The translations under genes were made by a program, and so were the position numbers. From Nemertoderma westbladi (lineage: Eukaryota; Animalia; Xenacoelomorpha), in assembly GCA_032718475.1 (NCBI GenBank), contig JAUCBJ010001861.1, positions 141,851-205,850 of the forward strand: a stretch of DNA of 64,000 nucleotides, given 5' to 3'. Positions 14,821-26,889 of this stretch are shown piece by piece; the first letter of the stretch is position 1; the number at the start of each line of letters is the position of its first letter. Under the pieces are notes generated by a model. It was not told where the DNA came from and made no database searches. It was given only the letters and a program-made list of their open reading frames with translations.

Positions 14821-15980
14821 CACACTACCGGTATCGGTCAGCCGGTGCCAGTAGCGGTAGGTGAAGGCAGGGATCGTACGGTAGTTAATTTTTGCGGTAG
14901 CGGTAGCGGTAACGGTATGGCTTTGAGGTAGCGGTATTTACCGCGGTAGCGGTAGCGGTAGTTGCAGTAGCAAAAAATTTAGCTGGTATTAATGAAGTTA
15001 GATGTTCACTTTTCGACGACTTTTTTTTTAATTGTGGCGTTTATTTTTGGTAAATTGTTTTCTTGAATTAATACATTTTATTTTCTTTTTGTTTTTTGTT
15101 GACAGAAAATACGCTACAATGCGAATTAATTTTTCATATATAATGTGTAACTGCTGACTGCTGTAATGATGGATGAACGTTATGTTGCATATATGGTGAT
15201 TTTTGAAGGTATAAAAAAGGAAACAATATGATATGAATGTGATTTTAAGAAAATGTGATATGATACGAAAAAGTTTTGTAATTTTTTCGTATCATAAAAA
15301 ATTTATATCTTAATAATTTCATAGTTATACGAAATCAGGATTATTATTTTAGAAAATTATTCGACGATTTCAAATAATTTGACTATTACTATCTGTACTA
15401 TTGCTGCTGTTTCAGCCTGTTATGACATATGATATGATTGATATGAACTTCAACTTATTAATTTAGGAACACAGTTTACAGTAAAAGTTTTATTTCTTAG
15501 GTACTTATTTTTCAATTATCAAAATAATGTATGTGCAATGTTTGTACTTTAGTATCTTATCTACATATCTTTTATTTGTACTAACTCACTATGTTGGTAC
15601 CGGTATGCCTAAGAAATCTCTCCTAAGATCGCAGTGTAAAGTGATACTTTACAGGTACAGTGTGAAAGTAATTTAATACTGTACTGTTGTAGCCTATATG
15701 CATGTACTGTAATTATACTACAATCCCCTACCCACAAATTATACAAACTTTATCATTGAAGTTGTTGCGCTAGGCGATCTAGAAAATTGTTGAGACTGCC
15801 TTATTTTTAGTCTACCGTAATGATTTACAGTAGTGATACACGTAAGTTACATTTGTTTCTCATTCTTTCTGACAAACCGAATCTACGCCTAAAAAATTAT
15901 ATAGGTTTTGCGATAATATTAAATATTAAAAATAATAAAAGTAAAAGATAACATCAAATAACATGTAAGTTAAAACGAAA

Positions 15981-16991
15981 TTATACATAATTATTATCAC
16001 CAGTACACCGCGGACGCCCCACGGACTGACTCCCAATAGTTTTGTCTGAATACGAAATCCTATCGTATCTTTCGGTATTATAGAGTTGCGCAATTCGGTT
16101 TCTATCACGACGATTAACTCGTTTCTTATATTTAACGGCCATTATAATTTCTACCGCGATTAATATGAGCGTAAATGAGCACGCGAGAGAAATTAAAGGA
16201 GTCCATCGCTTCAGTAATCTACGGAAGACCACACCACATCCTGGAACCTTAAAGTTGCCACCGGAAACACCTGAAAATATATCTTTGTGCTTTAACTTTA
16301 CGCAGCTGGGCCCAGAAACCTTAAATGTTTTAAGTACATAATCAGAGCAACACGACCACGGCAGTGCTTGCCCATTTATCCATGCTGTACTTGCGTTGTA
16401 TCGAATGTTTTCTCCACTCGATTTAGTCAGAAATATGAAAAGATTGCTGTCATTGTAGTCACGGTAACTGTCTCCTCCACAGCACGCCCATAACGATTGT
16501 AATTTATCAAGAAGTTGGTAACCATGACTGCTGGTATCTTTACTGGTTTTTGCAATATTCGTTAATGTACTCGTGAATGTTGTTGCAATGTCTGTCGAGA
16601 ACAAAAATACAGAAATTAATACCGCCGGGGGAATAAGAATGACACATATCAAGGTCACGATAAAAACATTGAGGCAATGTTGGTTTGCTAGGAAGGCACC
16701 AGTACACCCACACGTACTGATGATAATGTGGGCGACCCCAACAACAACGGCAAAATAGGCGACCAACCAAAATTCTTCCAGTCCAGTAGATACAATAGCG
16801 TTATCGTTTATATCAATGAGTATAACCCCACCAACAGCAACTAAAAAGAGTCCCAAACCGAGATAAGTAAGATTTACTAGGTATATAATTGTTCTGTACC
16901 ATCTAGCTGTGGTATCGCCGATGTAAATATCTCTCCAATTTCCAATTGTATTTCCTGTATCATTTTGAGCGGAGTTGAGCTTGATATTCAT
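15981..16991 (-). CDS. Tetraspanin-family protein, intronless, 336 aa
   Basis: Four hydrophobic segments, GCTGA after TM2, CCG motif (WACCGGDSYRDY), PWSCC and GC cysteines in the large loop. Confidence 0.92.
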   Translation of the reverse strand: MNIKLNSAQNDTGNTIGNWRDIYIGDTTARWYRTIIYLVNLTYLGLGLFLVAVGGVILIDINDNAIVSTGLEEFWLVAYFAVVVGVAHIIISTCGCTGAFLANQHCLNVFIVTLICVILIPPAVLISVFLFSTDIATTFTSTLTNIAKTSKDTSSHGYQLLDKLQSLWACCGGDSYRDYNDSNLFIFLTKSSGENIRYNASTAWINGQALPWSCCSDYVLKTFKVSGPSCVKLKHKDIFSGVSGGNFKVPGCGVVFRRLLKRWTPLISLACSFTLILIAVEIIMAVKYKKRVNRRDRNRIAQLYNTERYDRISYSDKTIGSQSVGRPRCTGDNNYV

Positions 16992-17559
16992 ACTACAGTT
17001 TTCGAACTTACAGTATCATCGACTTCGTGATTTATCACGTCTGTGCAATAAAGTGAAGAAACACTACCGTATTTTTACACAAAATAAAGTGGTGGTTTAA
17101 AAGATGAATAGTCCGGCAGATTGGCTATTTTACATTTGATCAGATTATATAGGTTTAGTAAATCGCCCATGTGAAGAATACCAGGTTTTCACTTTTCGTC
17201 GAAATTTTATTGGAATTTTATATTATATATGAATTATGTATTTTTTCTCACTTCTCCTTATTAAGTGTTTAGAGCGCGTATTTCTGTCTTATAACCTGTA
17301 TAGATACTTATTCGTTTATTGTTTTGGTTAGAATCAGCCCTTCTGAAATCTGTGGTTTTAGTGAAAACCTGGTATTCTTCACATGGGGATAAACTGCAAA
17401 GTGAAATATAACAGCAGAAGTCTGGTATACTTCACATGGGCCTAGTAAATGAGTGTGGTTATTTTGATAGTAAGTTATTTTAATTCCACAAAGTCCTGGA
17501 TCCTGGAATATAGTGTCGTAATTCAATGACAAAAAATTAACAGGTAAGTCAATCTAACC

Positions 17560-17890
17560 AAAAAAGGGGGTGAACCCATAACAAATTCGCAATTCGTCCA
17601 AACCAATTTTTTTTTAATTCTATATTACCTTGGTAATACCCCCAAAAAAAGTCTAGAAAAATTTTATTTTGCAGATCACTTACAATTTCCTGTTTCTTTC
17701 CTTAGCAACATGGATTTTACATAGCAATTGGTGGGATTTTCTCCAAACTTGGCTTAGACAAACTTTAGTCTAATTACTATCGATTGACTGAGGAATGGAC
17801 TTCAAGATAGTTACCAGTTTAGTTTCCAGAGCAACGGAAATTGTCTTATCATTTAACCATTTTTAATACCAATTTTGCTGGTACAATACA
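17560..17890 (+). repeat. Dispersed repeat, second copy at ~20770-21120
   Basis: Shared blocks tttctttccttagca, ttggtgggatttt, agtttccagagcaacggaa. Confidence 0.7.
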
Positions 17891-18923
17891 GGGAGTTTAT
17901 TTACACAACTTCTCTACTAAACGGGTGGATGTAACCTCGCCCATCGGATTTATCGACCTCAAACACATGACAATTTCCTTGCAGTGGAATTGCATAATTT
18001 CTTTACATCAGTTTTAGCTAAATATATCGTGACTTGATATATTTAAAAACGGGATGCGACTTCTAGAACATAGTATATATTCAGGACGCGATGCTCGCAT
18101 ACAGTGTTAATTATTTTTGAGGCCGGTATTTATTATCTATATTTATTACCTATATTTTTTCCGAGATTAGTTGGTAACAACTTAGTTTATACTATAGTGT
18201 AGCTAAATAAAATAAATGCAGTTGCAATACTATTGGCGAAAAGTATACTACAATACTATTACCCAGAATTTCCATTAATAAACATATGATCCGCAAAATA
18301 GAATTTTATAGACTTTTTTGGTCATTAACAATGTGATATAGAATCCAAAATATGTGGTACGGATTGATTGCAAATTACTTATGGGTTTTTTACTAGATTG
18401 ATTCGACTACTACTTCTTGCTTTATAAGAAAGGTAATTCCAAACTTCAATAAAATTCGGACAGTTTTCTTGATTTCATAATATTTTTTAATGAAAAATTT
18501 AAAACTATAGAACTTTTATAGTATCCCATACTATATGAAAATACAAAAATACAAATGTATGCTGAATCTAAGTCTAAGCATTTCAGGCAATCTTATCACG
18601 ATTTGTAAACAAATTTAGGGGGGGGGGGGGGGGGGGGTTGGATGTACCTGAATAAAGATACTACAGTATATTCAGGGACATATAAAATATTAATATATAC
18701 CACTGTAATAGTTTCAATTTAACAATCAACACTACATTATTCTCACTTCAATTCTACTTCTCATTGTAATGGAAATTATATTGATCAGTACGAAGTGATA
18801 AAGGTATGAAAAACCCCACCGACAACTTTAAAAATAAAATCAACAAATAAGTTTGTTTTTAATTTTTTAAGATGTGATTAAGAACATTAAATATTATGTT
18901 CTAGAAAATATATTATATAATTA

Positions 18924-19833
18924 CACCATGAACCGTAATATAGTGTCATTTTCTGATGACACGGACCCCCCCCCCCCCCCCCAGATTTTTCTACAAATCG
19001 TTATCATATTGCTTGAAATACAACTATTTCAACTCACCGTGGTTGACCCCATGAAGCCGGAATTTTCGATTTTGACTTTAAATTTTTTTTTATAGGCGTT
19101 TCATAAAAGTGTATTTTGCGAAATCGTACCCTCCGTATCGTGGCCATGCTTCACATTAGTCGTAATCTATAAATATCTAATAAATTATCATTAGAAAGCT
19201 TGCGTTGCAAGGATTTCAAATATGTAACAATATCTGAATTTCATTGAGAAACAGCTGAGATATAGGCGTTCAAAGATTGCAAGAATTATCATTCGCTGAA
19301 GGCCATTTATTCTATTTAATAAATACACAATGTTCTGGAACATTTTGTTTTAAGTATGAATAGCTACACTATAGATCTATTGGATAGGTACCCTGCTGTT
19401 GCCTACCAACTCATAAAATAAATAACACGTTCCAGAACGTTGTGTATTTATTAAATAGAATAAATGGCGTTCAGCGAACGATAATTCTTGCAATCTTTGA
19501 ACGCCTATATCTCAGCTGTTTCTCAATGAAATTCAGATATTGTTACATATTTCGAATCCTTGCAACGCAAGCTTTCTAATGATATGATAAAATTACGACT
19601 AATGTGAAGAATGGCAATGATACGGATGGTACGATTTCGCAAAAGACACTTTTTTAAAACACTTATAAAAAAATTTAAAGGCAAAATTGAAAATTCCGGC
19701 TTCATGGGGTCAACGACGGTGAGTGGAATAAGTTGTGTTTCAAATTTCAAGCAATATGATAAAGATTTGTAGAAAAATCTGGGGGGGGGGGGGGTGGTCA
19801 TCAGAAAATGATACTATATTACGGTTCATGGTG
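18924..19833. mobile_element. Non-autonomous foldback/MITE-like DNA transposon, ~420 bp TIRs, flanked by TA
   Basis: ta|CACCATGAACCGTAATATAG ... CTATATTACGGTTCATGGTG|ta; arms complementary, including poly-C/poly-G tracts. Confidence 0.9.
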
Positions 19834-21119
19834 TATAATAAGCGTAGGTGATGATCTATTAATAAAAAATTGAAATCCGGATATAGCTAGTAAATAATAG
19901 AAATAGACAGTAGGCCTAATACTGTCAAAATAATGCCATGCAGTAAGTAATCATAAGTTACCAAAATAAGAATTATAATGCTAGCTAGAACAAAATGGCC
20001 ATAAAGACAAACTTGTACTGTTTCGATACGCCTACCTACCCTTACGACATTTTTATACTTGCTAGTTTTTGCTACTTTTATAATGTTCTAGAATACGTTA
20101 GCTATTTATTTTAGAAAAATAGTTGTTCTAGAACAAATATTTATTCTTCTGGAACATTTTTAAAAACACAATATTACGATACATTATTGAATATTTATTA
20201 ATAAAATTCATCACATTGTTGTTACCTAACTTTCTAGATTTATTTACACGCAGCATTTACGCATACGTTCTGTGATACGTTGTTGCTTTGTAGCTAATAT
20301 GTCTACCAGGCATACTTTTAAGATTGATATAAATAGAGACCTAAATAGTGAGGAGACTATACTTCAGCTTTATTAAAAGCAAAATATAATTTTAAAAATA
20401 CTAACTAGTACTAAAATACTAGCTACCATGTCTCCAAAACGTAACTGTTTGATGTAAGACATATCTTAGTAAAGAAAAAAATGATATTTAAAATTTTGAA
20501 AAATAGCTATTTATTTAAATTTTCTAGTACAAAGTATTTTTTAGTTAAATAGCTAACATATTCTAGAACATTAAAAAAAAGTAGCAAAAACTAGGTATTA
20601 TAAAATATGTGGCATGGTAGGTACGCGTATCGAAACAGTACCGACAAACTCTAATTCTAGAACAAAAACGTACATATGCCCTGTGAAGACAAGTGAAGAT
20701 TAATTATGACATATAATAAATAACCACAAAAAACGAGTCTACATGCTACCTATAGTCCAGTTAATCTTGTGAAAAAGAGGGTGTAACTCAAAACAGATTC
20801 ACAAATCATCCGAAACAATTGTTTTTATTCTACATTATCTTGCTAATATCACCAAAAAAGTCTATAAAAATTAATTATTTGGAACACTTTCAATTCCATG
20901 CTTCTTTCCTTAGCATCAAGGATTTTGCATAGCATCAAATGGTCTATTGGTGGGATTTTCCCCAAATTAGGTACAGATCATCTTTAGACCAATGACTATA
21001 GAGTGACTGAACTACGCACTTCTACATAGTTACTAATTCCTAATTCAGTTTCCAGAGCAACGGAATATTTTATCTAATCATTTAGACATTTTTAATTCCA
21101 ATTTTGCTTGTACAATATA

Positions 21120-23950
21120 TGTAGCAACCATCAATTCGTTGTTCAAGTGATTTAGTCAGTGTCCAGGTCTCACCCCCGTATAAAAATACACTTTCCACTG
21201 TGGCTCGAAAGAACTTAGTCTTCAGGTGCCTGGAGAGATCTGATTTCCAGATGGTATCCATTTTTGATAGAGCTACCCAAGCCTTTGATTTCCTAACTTC
21301 TATGTCCTTTTTGCTACTCTCTATCCATGATCCAAGGTACTGGAAGTCGTCAACCTTCCTTAGTTGATTATTGTCAATGGTTGTCAAGTTTCCATCAACA
21401 TTAAAGGTCATGAATTCGGTCTTGGTAGCATTTATATGCAATCCAACCTCCTTAGCAGCCCTCTCCACTTTATTTAGTAGAAGCTGTGCATCTGCTAGGG
21501 TATTAGAGAGCAGGGCGATGTCATCCGCAAAGTCGGTGTCTGTGACTGTAGTTGCCGGATATCTACTACTTCTGCGTTCTTGAAGTGTGAATCCCAGGGC
21601 TTCACCCTTTGTGGCTGTCCTCATTGCGTAATCCAGCACAATTACAAATAGTAGTGGTGCTAATGTGTCACCTTGCAGTACCCCAGCCAGGATTGAGAAA
21701 AACTCAGTTTCACCATCTGGTGAGAGTACCTGCGCTTCTGTGTCACAATATAACAATCCAATGCCAGCAACAATTACTTCTGGTATTCCATAAGCTCTTA
21801 GGATTTCAAGCATTTTTTCTCTATGGATGGAGTCGAATGCCTTCTTGAAGTCCACGAGAGTCATGACTGCGGGGAGATTCTTTGACTTAATTCCTTCAAT
21901 CAGTCTCCGTAGTGCAAGTATCTGAGCTATTGTTGATCTACTTGGTCGAAATCCGTTTTGGCTCTTACGCAGTAGTTTCTCTATGTGAGGCCTAATCCTA
22001 TATAGAATCATTTTATTGTATATTTTGGCAGCTACCACAAGCAGACATATCCCACGATAGTTTGTTGGTATACCGCGGTCTCCTTTCTTGGGGAGAGGCT
22101 TTAGTTGACCTTTAGTCCAAATTGGGGTGGCTTTTCCCCTTTTAACATCCGGTTGCAAACATTCAATAATGGTCTGTTTAGCACTCCTGTTTTCCATACC
22201 TCCGCAGGGATTTCATCTAATCCACTCGCTTTATTATTGGACATGCTTTTAATGCTTCTTTGCAGTTCGGCAGGTGTGAAGTCCCCTGTTTCTATAGGTA
22301 GTGTCTTGTCATATATTTCCCTTGTAGGGCTGACCTCGATGTTTAGTGGCTGCCCAAGCAAGTTGCTGAAGTGATTTTTCCACTTCCCAACACGTTCTTC
22401 AGAGCTATCGGCTTTGAGGCGCCCCTTTGCACAACTTTTCCGACCAGATACCTCATTTACAGTTTGCCAGGTAAGTCTTGATTGTTGCTGTATGTGAGCA
22501 GTTGTAATTGCTTCAATTTTATCCTGTATGTACTTTTCATTGCTGATGTTGTAGGCCAATTTAAGATCGTCCTTAGCTTTCTCAACCCTGTTAATGTTTT
22601 CTGTTGTTGGTTGTTCGGTTTTAACTTTGTAGGCTATCTTAAGATCTTCTCTCTTACAAGTAACCTCAGAGTTTTGCCATGGCACATACTGTTTTCGTTT
22701 GGGTTTCTAGGGGATATGCCTCTTAGCTGATTCCTTGTGGGCTGTTATTATATTCTGGTATATTGAATCGGTGGACTGGTCTTCATCCATTGACTGAAGT
22801 GCTTCAAAGCGATTTTGAACTTCTACTGTGTAAGCATCCTTTACTGCATTGTCAGTTCTGAGTTTCTCCCAGTCATAGTTGAATTGCTTGCTTGTCCTGG
22901 GTTTGCTGGCTCTCAAACTGAGTCTGATCTCTGCAGTCACAATTCTGTGGTCCGAACCAATTAGGTTGAACGAGCTGTATGCCTCGCAGTTGATCATGCT
23001 GTTTCTCCACTTTTAGTTTATAAGGATGTAATCCAGTTGTGCTTTGGTTCCATTAGGGTATTGAAAGGTCCATAGCTTCCCCTTACTCTTTTAGAATGTG
23101 TTGTTTGTTGGTATCAATTCACATTCTTCCATTAGGTCTAAAGGTAAGTACCCATTTCTGTTAGAACTGGTGTTATAGGTGTAACCCTTGATGTCTACTG
23201 GGCCTATTTGCGCATTCAGGTCACCAGCAATGACTTTAACATTGTGTTTCGGAATGTCGTTTATAAGTCCAGTCAGTTCTTCATAAAACTTGACTGCTTG
23301 TTCTGGCTCTGAGGCATTGGTTGGACTGTAGCAACATATAACTGTTGTCTTGGGATTCCCATCAAATGTTGCGATCATAACCCTGGAATTTATAGATTCG
23401 ATGTTGTTTAGGGTTTTAAGTGCAACTGGGCTTAGCAGAATTCCTACTCCGCCAATTGATGCATTGGCCGAGTTTCTTACTGCTGAGCTTGTTACTAACG
23501 TCCATCCATTTCCAATGTCATTGTACTTTATGGCAGTGTCTTCATGACAAATCCGATGTTCTTGGATGCAGATGATGTCGATGTTATATTCCATTGCCAG
23601 AGCAACCATGTCACCCTGTTTGCTATGTGCTTTCGGCGTGTGTGTGTTCATTGTAGCAATCTTTAGTGTCGTTTTACATTTCAACAGGTTGGTTCTTCTT
23701 TCTTCTCTGTCTTCTGTTCCAGTAGCCAAGTGTTGACCCGGGCGACGACCGAGCCGGTATTTCTCCTAGAGGTTTCTCATACTCATATCTTTCAGTTGGG
23801 AGAGTAAACCGCTTGTGGTCGCAACTCCTACAAGCGTCTTCGCAGTAGGTCGCCGTTGGTTGATTACCTTCCGCCGACCTTGTCAGCATGTTTAGCCGTT
23901 GGTTGATTACCTTCCGCCTATCCATGGCCTACAGCCCTGCTGCCGACTGT
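21120..23950 (-). mobile_element. RTE-like LINE (APE endonuclease + reverse transcriptase), disrupted and 3'-truncated
   Basis: APE motifs (IICIQEHR, IAGDLNAQIG, SDHRIV); RT motifs (NYRGICLL, QNGFRPSRST, VDFKKAFDSI, GVLQGDTLAP, DFADDIALL, FQYLGS); ORF split by stops and frameshifts; ends at a repeat near 21120. Confidence 0.93.
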
Positions 23951-24399
23951 AGGGGTCCTTTTATCTTTTGTAACAAATTACAATATGTGTAATACAATTC
24001 CGTCGAATAATGAATGGAAGGTTGATTGTTGTGGAGAGTTAATTGACTCAATAACAGGTTATTACACTGATATATATACCCCTCCGCTCTAAATTCTACA
24101 CTTTTCAGAAAAACATCACAAAAATTAGCACATCAAATATACCGACAAAACCAGGGTTGCCAGTCACCTAGAATACACAGGGAATTCTTGTAAAAGAAAT
24201 GGGCAAATCAGGGAAAAGTCAGGGAATTTGATATATAGAAGACATGTGTCATAAGCTACGCTACCCCACAGGACTACCCCCCCCCCCCCCCCCCCCCCTT
24301 CGTCATATTTCTCACACTCGCGCGAATTCTTTTTCCCCTCTCTGAAACATCTCAAATTGAGATACAATACAAAATTCTCCACCTTAAATTAAATTGCAG

Positions 24400-25000
24400 C
24401 TTCAATGACCCTTTTCCACCAAAACTTATAAGACTATCAGCCGAACCGCTTCTTACCAGTTATACAACCTTTTTAATCTTTCTATTATCCACGGTTTCTT
24501 TCCGGATTCCTTCGATGACATAACTGATCCGACAATTACCCCCATTTCCCTCTATCTATTCTCAGTAAAATTCTTGAACAAATTCTTAACGATAAATTAC
24601 AAACACACCTCGCCAAGTACAATATTATTTCCTCATCTCAATATTGTCTACTTCACATTGTGCCGTATATATTGATCTGAAAAAACCCTTTGACACCGTG
24701 GACCACAAGATTCTTACAGAAGCTTGAAGCCTTCGGTGTCAGAGGCCCCCCATTACATATATTCTCAGACTTTCTTGCTAATCGTAACCAGTTTGTTTCG
24801 ATCAATAATATCCAACCGACTCTTCTACCCTTACATTGCAGCGTTCCACAGGGCTCTGTCCTGCCCCCATACTTTATATATAATTTGTATTAATGACCTT
24901 CCAATCGTGACTTACTGACCACTGTATTTGCCGATGACGACACAAGATTGCTAAATTCGCACATCAATATTCAGACCCTTCTCAATGACACCAATCCCCT
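24400..25000 (+). mobile_element. Decayed CR1/L2-like reverse transcriptase fragment
   Basis: Across frames: IDLKKPFDTVDHKIL, SVPQGSVL, INDLP, FADD. Confidence 0.7.
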
Positions 25001-25227
25001 GCAGTCTGTAAGTCTGTGCCACTCGACATTAGAACAGAAAATCAAAATCGTCGTTCTCGGCATCTTATAAAAATAAATTCTTATTGTCGACTTGATAAAA
25101 TCTCTGAACCAAAACAAATCACAGAAAAAGGAAAATTTATTGACTTTTCACTCAGTACTTTACTCTTTTATCCACAATCCACAATATTCAAATTACCATT
25201 TGTATGTTTTTTGTGCAATTTATAGTA

Positions 25228-26095
25228 CACCATAACCCTTAATACAACAACCATTTTTAAGGGGTCGGAGCCCCCCCCCCCCCCCCCCCTAATTTTTTTC
25301 AAATTTCAATAAAATGCTACGAAATTCGGTATGATGATAGATCCTCACCTTTTCTTACTGGTGGCCTGGCCGGATTTTTCAATTTTCTCAGTTATTTTCA
25401 TACAACAATCCCTTAACAAAAGTCTATTTAGCAACTTTATTTTACGTCTTTGAAATGTAATCTAGATATCATTCGAAGCGCCTTCGTCTGTAGATTCCGA
25501 ATCTGAAACCCGTTTTAAATTTAACCAAAAATTGGTAAAGATATTATCAAAATACTAATGTGTAAATTCAGAGACGTAAATCGCTATAATTCTGATGTTT
25601 TGTTGTCTTTATTCTAGAATATTAATTATTATTTAAGCTGAGCGTTTAAAACTCTCCATCTTGTTTTTTCATTACCGATAATTAATATTCTAGAATTGAG
25701 TAAAAAAAACATTAGAATTATAGCGATTAACGTCACAAAAATTTAAACCTTGGTATTTTGATAATATCTTCGGAAGTTCTTGGCGAAATTTTCAACGGGT
25801 TTCAGATTCAGAATCTGCAGATGAAGGCGGTTCTAATGATATCTAGATTTCATTCCAAAGACGAAAAATAAAGCTGACGGAGGTGGCTAATTATTGCGAA
25901 ATAGACGATTTTTAACGGATTGTTGTATCGAAATAGCTCATCAATTAAAAAATCCGACCAGGCCACAAGTAAGAAAAGGTGTCGATCTATCATCATACCA
26001 AATTTCGTAGCATTTTATTGAAATTTGAAAAAAATTAGGGGGGGGGGGGGGGCTCCGACCCCCTAAAAATGGTTGTTGTATTAAGGGTTATGGTG
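25228..26095. mobile_element. Non-autonomous foldback/MITE-like DNA transposon, flanked by TA
   Basis: ta|CACCATAACCCTTAATACAACAACC ... GGTTGTTGTATTAAGGGTTATGGTG|ta; complementary arms with poly-C/poly-G tracts. Confidence 0.9.
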
Positions 26096-26382
26096 TATAT
26101 CAGCGGCAGAAAGAATGAATACCCTTGAAACCTCACTTTAGTAGTGATGACTATGTATATTCTAGAAATCCCATCTAATTGCACCGAATTTTTAAATAAC
26201 TAAAAAGTTTTTGTCCTATTCTAGATAGCGAGTGCTTCCTATACCTACATACATATGGGACAGTAATAATTCCAAATTATCTAATGTTGCTGCTTTCTGA
26301 TATCGCCGCGTCAGCAAAGACAAACAAATTAAGTGGTTGTTACAAGTGCATAAATGTTACCAAATCAACAGATTTTGGCAGT

Positions 26383-26814
26383 TCAATCGATTCCGAAACT
26401 AAGATCTCTGACACTACCCTCCAATGTGAAGAGTTCGTAGTCTTTGACGGGGAAGTGAGTGTTACCCATGAGAATAATTGGGCTTTGTTGCTGAGCGCTG
26501 TATGAATGAGGGAAGATACTCGTACTTCGGCTGTTTGTGTTGCAATTGTTGGCGATCGCCAGATCGGGTCCGGCACCGAATACCGGCCCGTAGCCGGAGT
26601 GGTGTATGGTCGCGAAATTCTTCATCTGGATGGGGAACTTCATCGGTGGCGTTCCCTCCCCGTTGTTCAGCGTGAAGAGGTAGGACTGGTTGGAGGCGCG
26701 ATGTTGCTGAGTGCGTCGGCTAATCTTGGTGGACCAGGCGACGTCAGTGAATCCGCCGCAAACGTTCCCATTGTTACCGAGGACTATAGTAATAGTCGGC
26801 ATGTACCCGTCAGC
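26383..26814 (-). CDS. BTB-BACK-TLDc protein, exon 8 (C-terminal TLDc domain, stop)
   Basis: ttaaag|ADGYMPTITIVLGNNGNVCGGFTDVAW...SYLFTL...YGPVFGAGPDL...VKDYELF; phase 0 join to exon 7. Confidence 0.88.
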   Translation of the reverse strand, partial: ADGYMPTITIVLGNNGNVCGGFTDVAWSTKISRRTQQHRASNQSYLFTLNNGEGTPPMKFPIQMKNFATIHHSGYGPVFGAGPDLAIANNCNTNSRSTSIFPHSYSAQQQSPIILMGNTHFPVKDYELFTLEGSVRDLSFGID

Positions 26815-26889
26815 CTTTAATATAAGTTAATATTAGCATTTTAATATTCATTAATATTATTAAGAATTGGATTGGCATCAAAATTAGTT

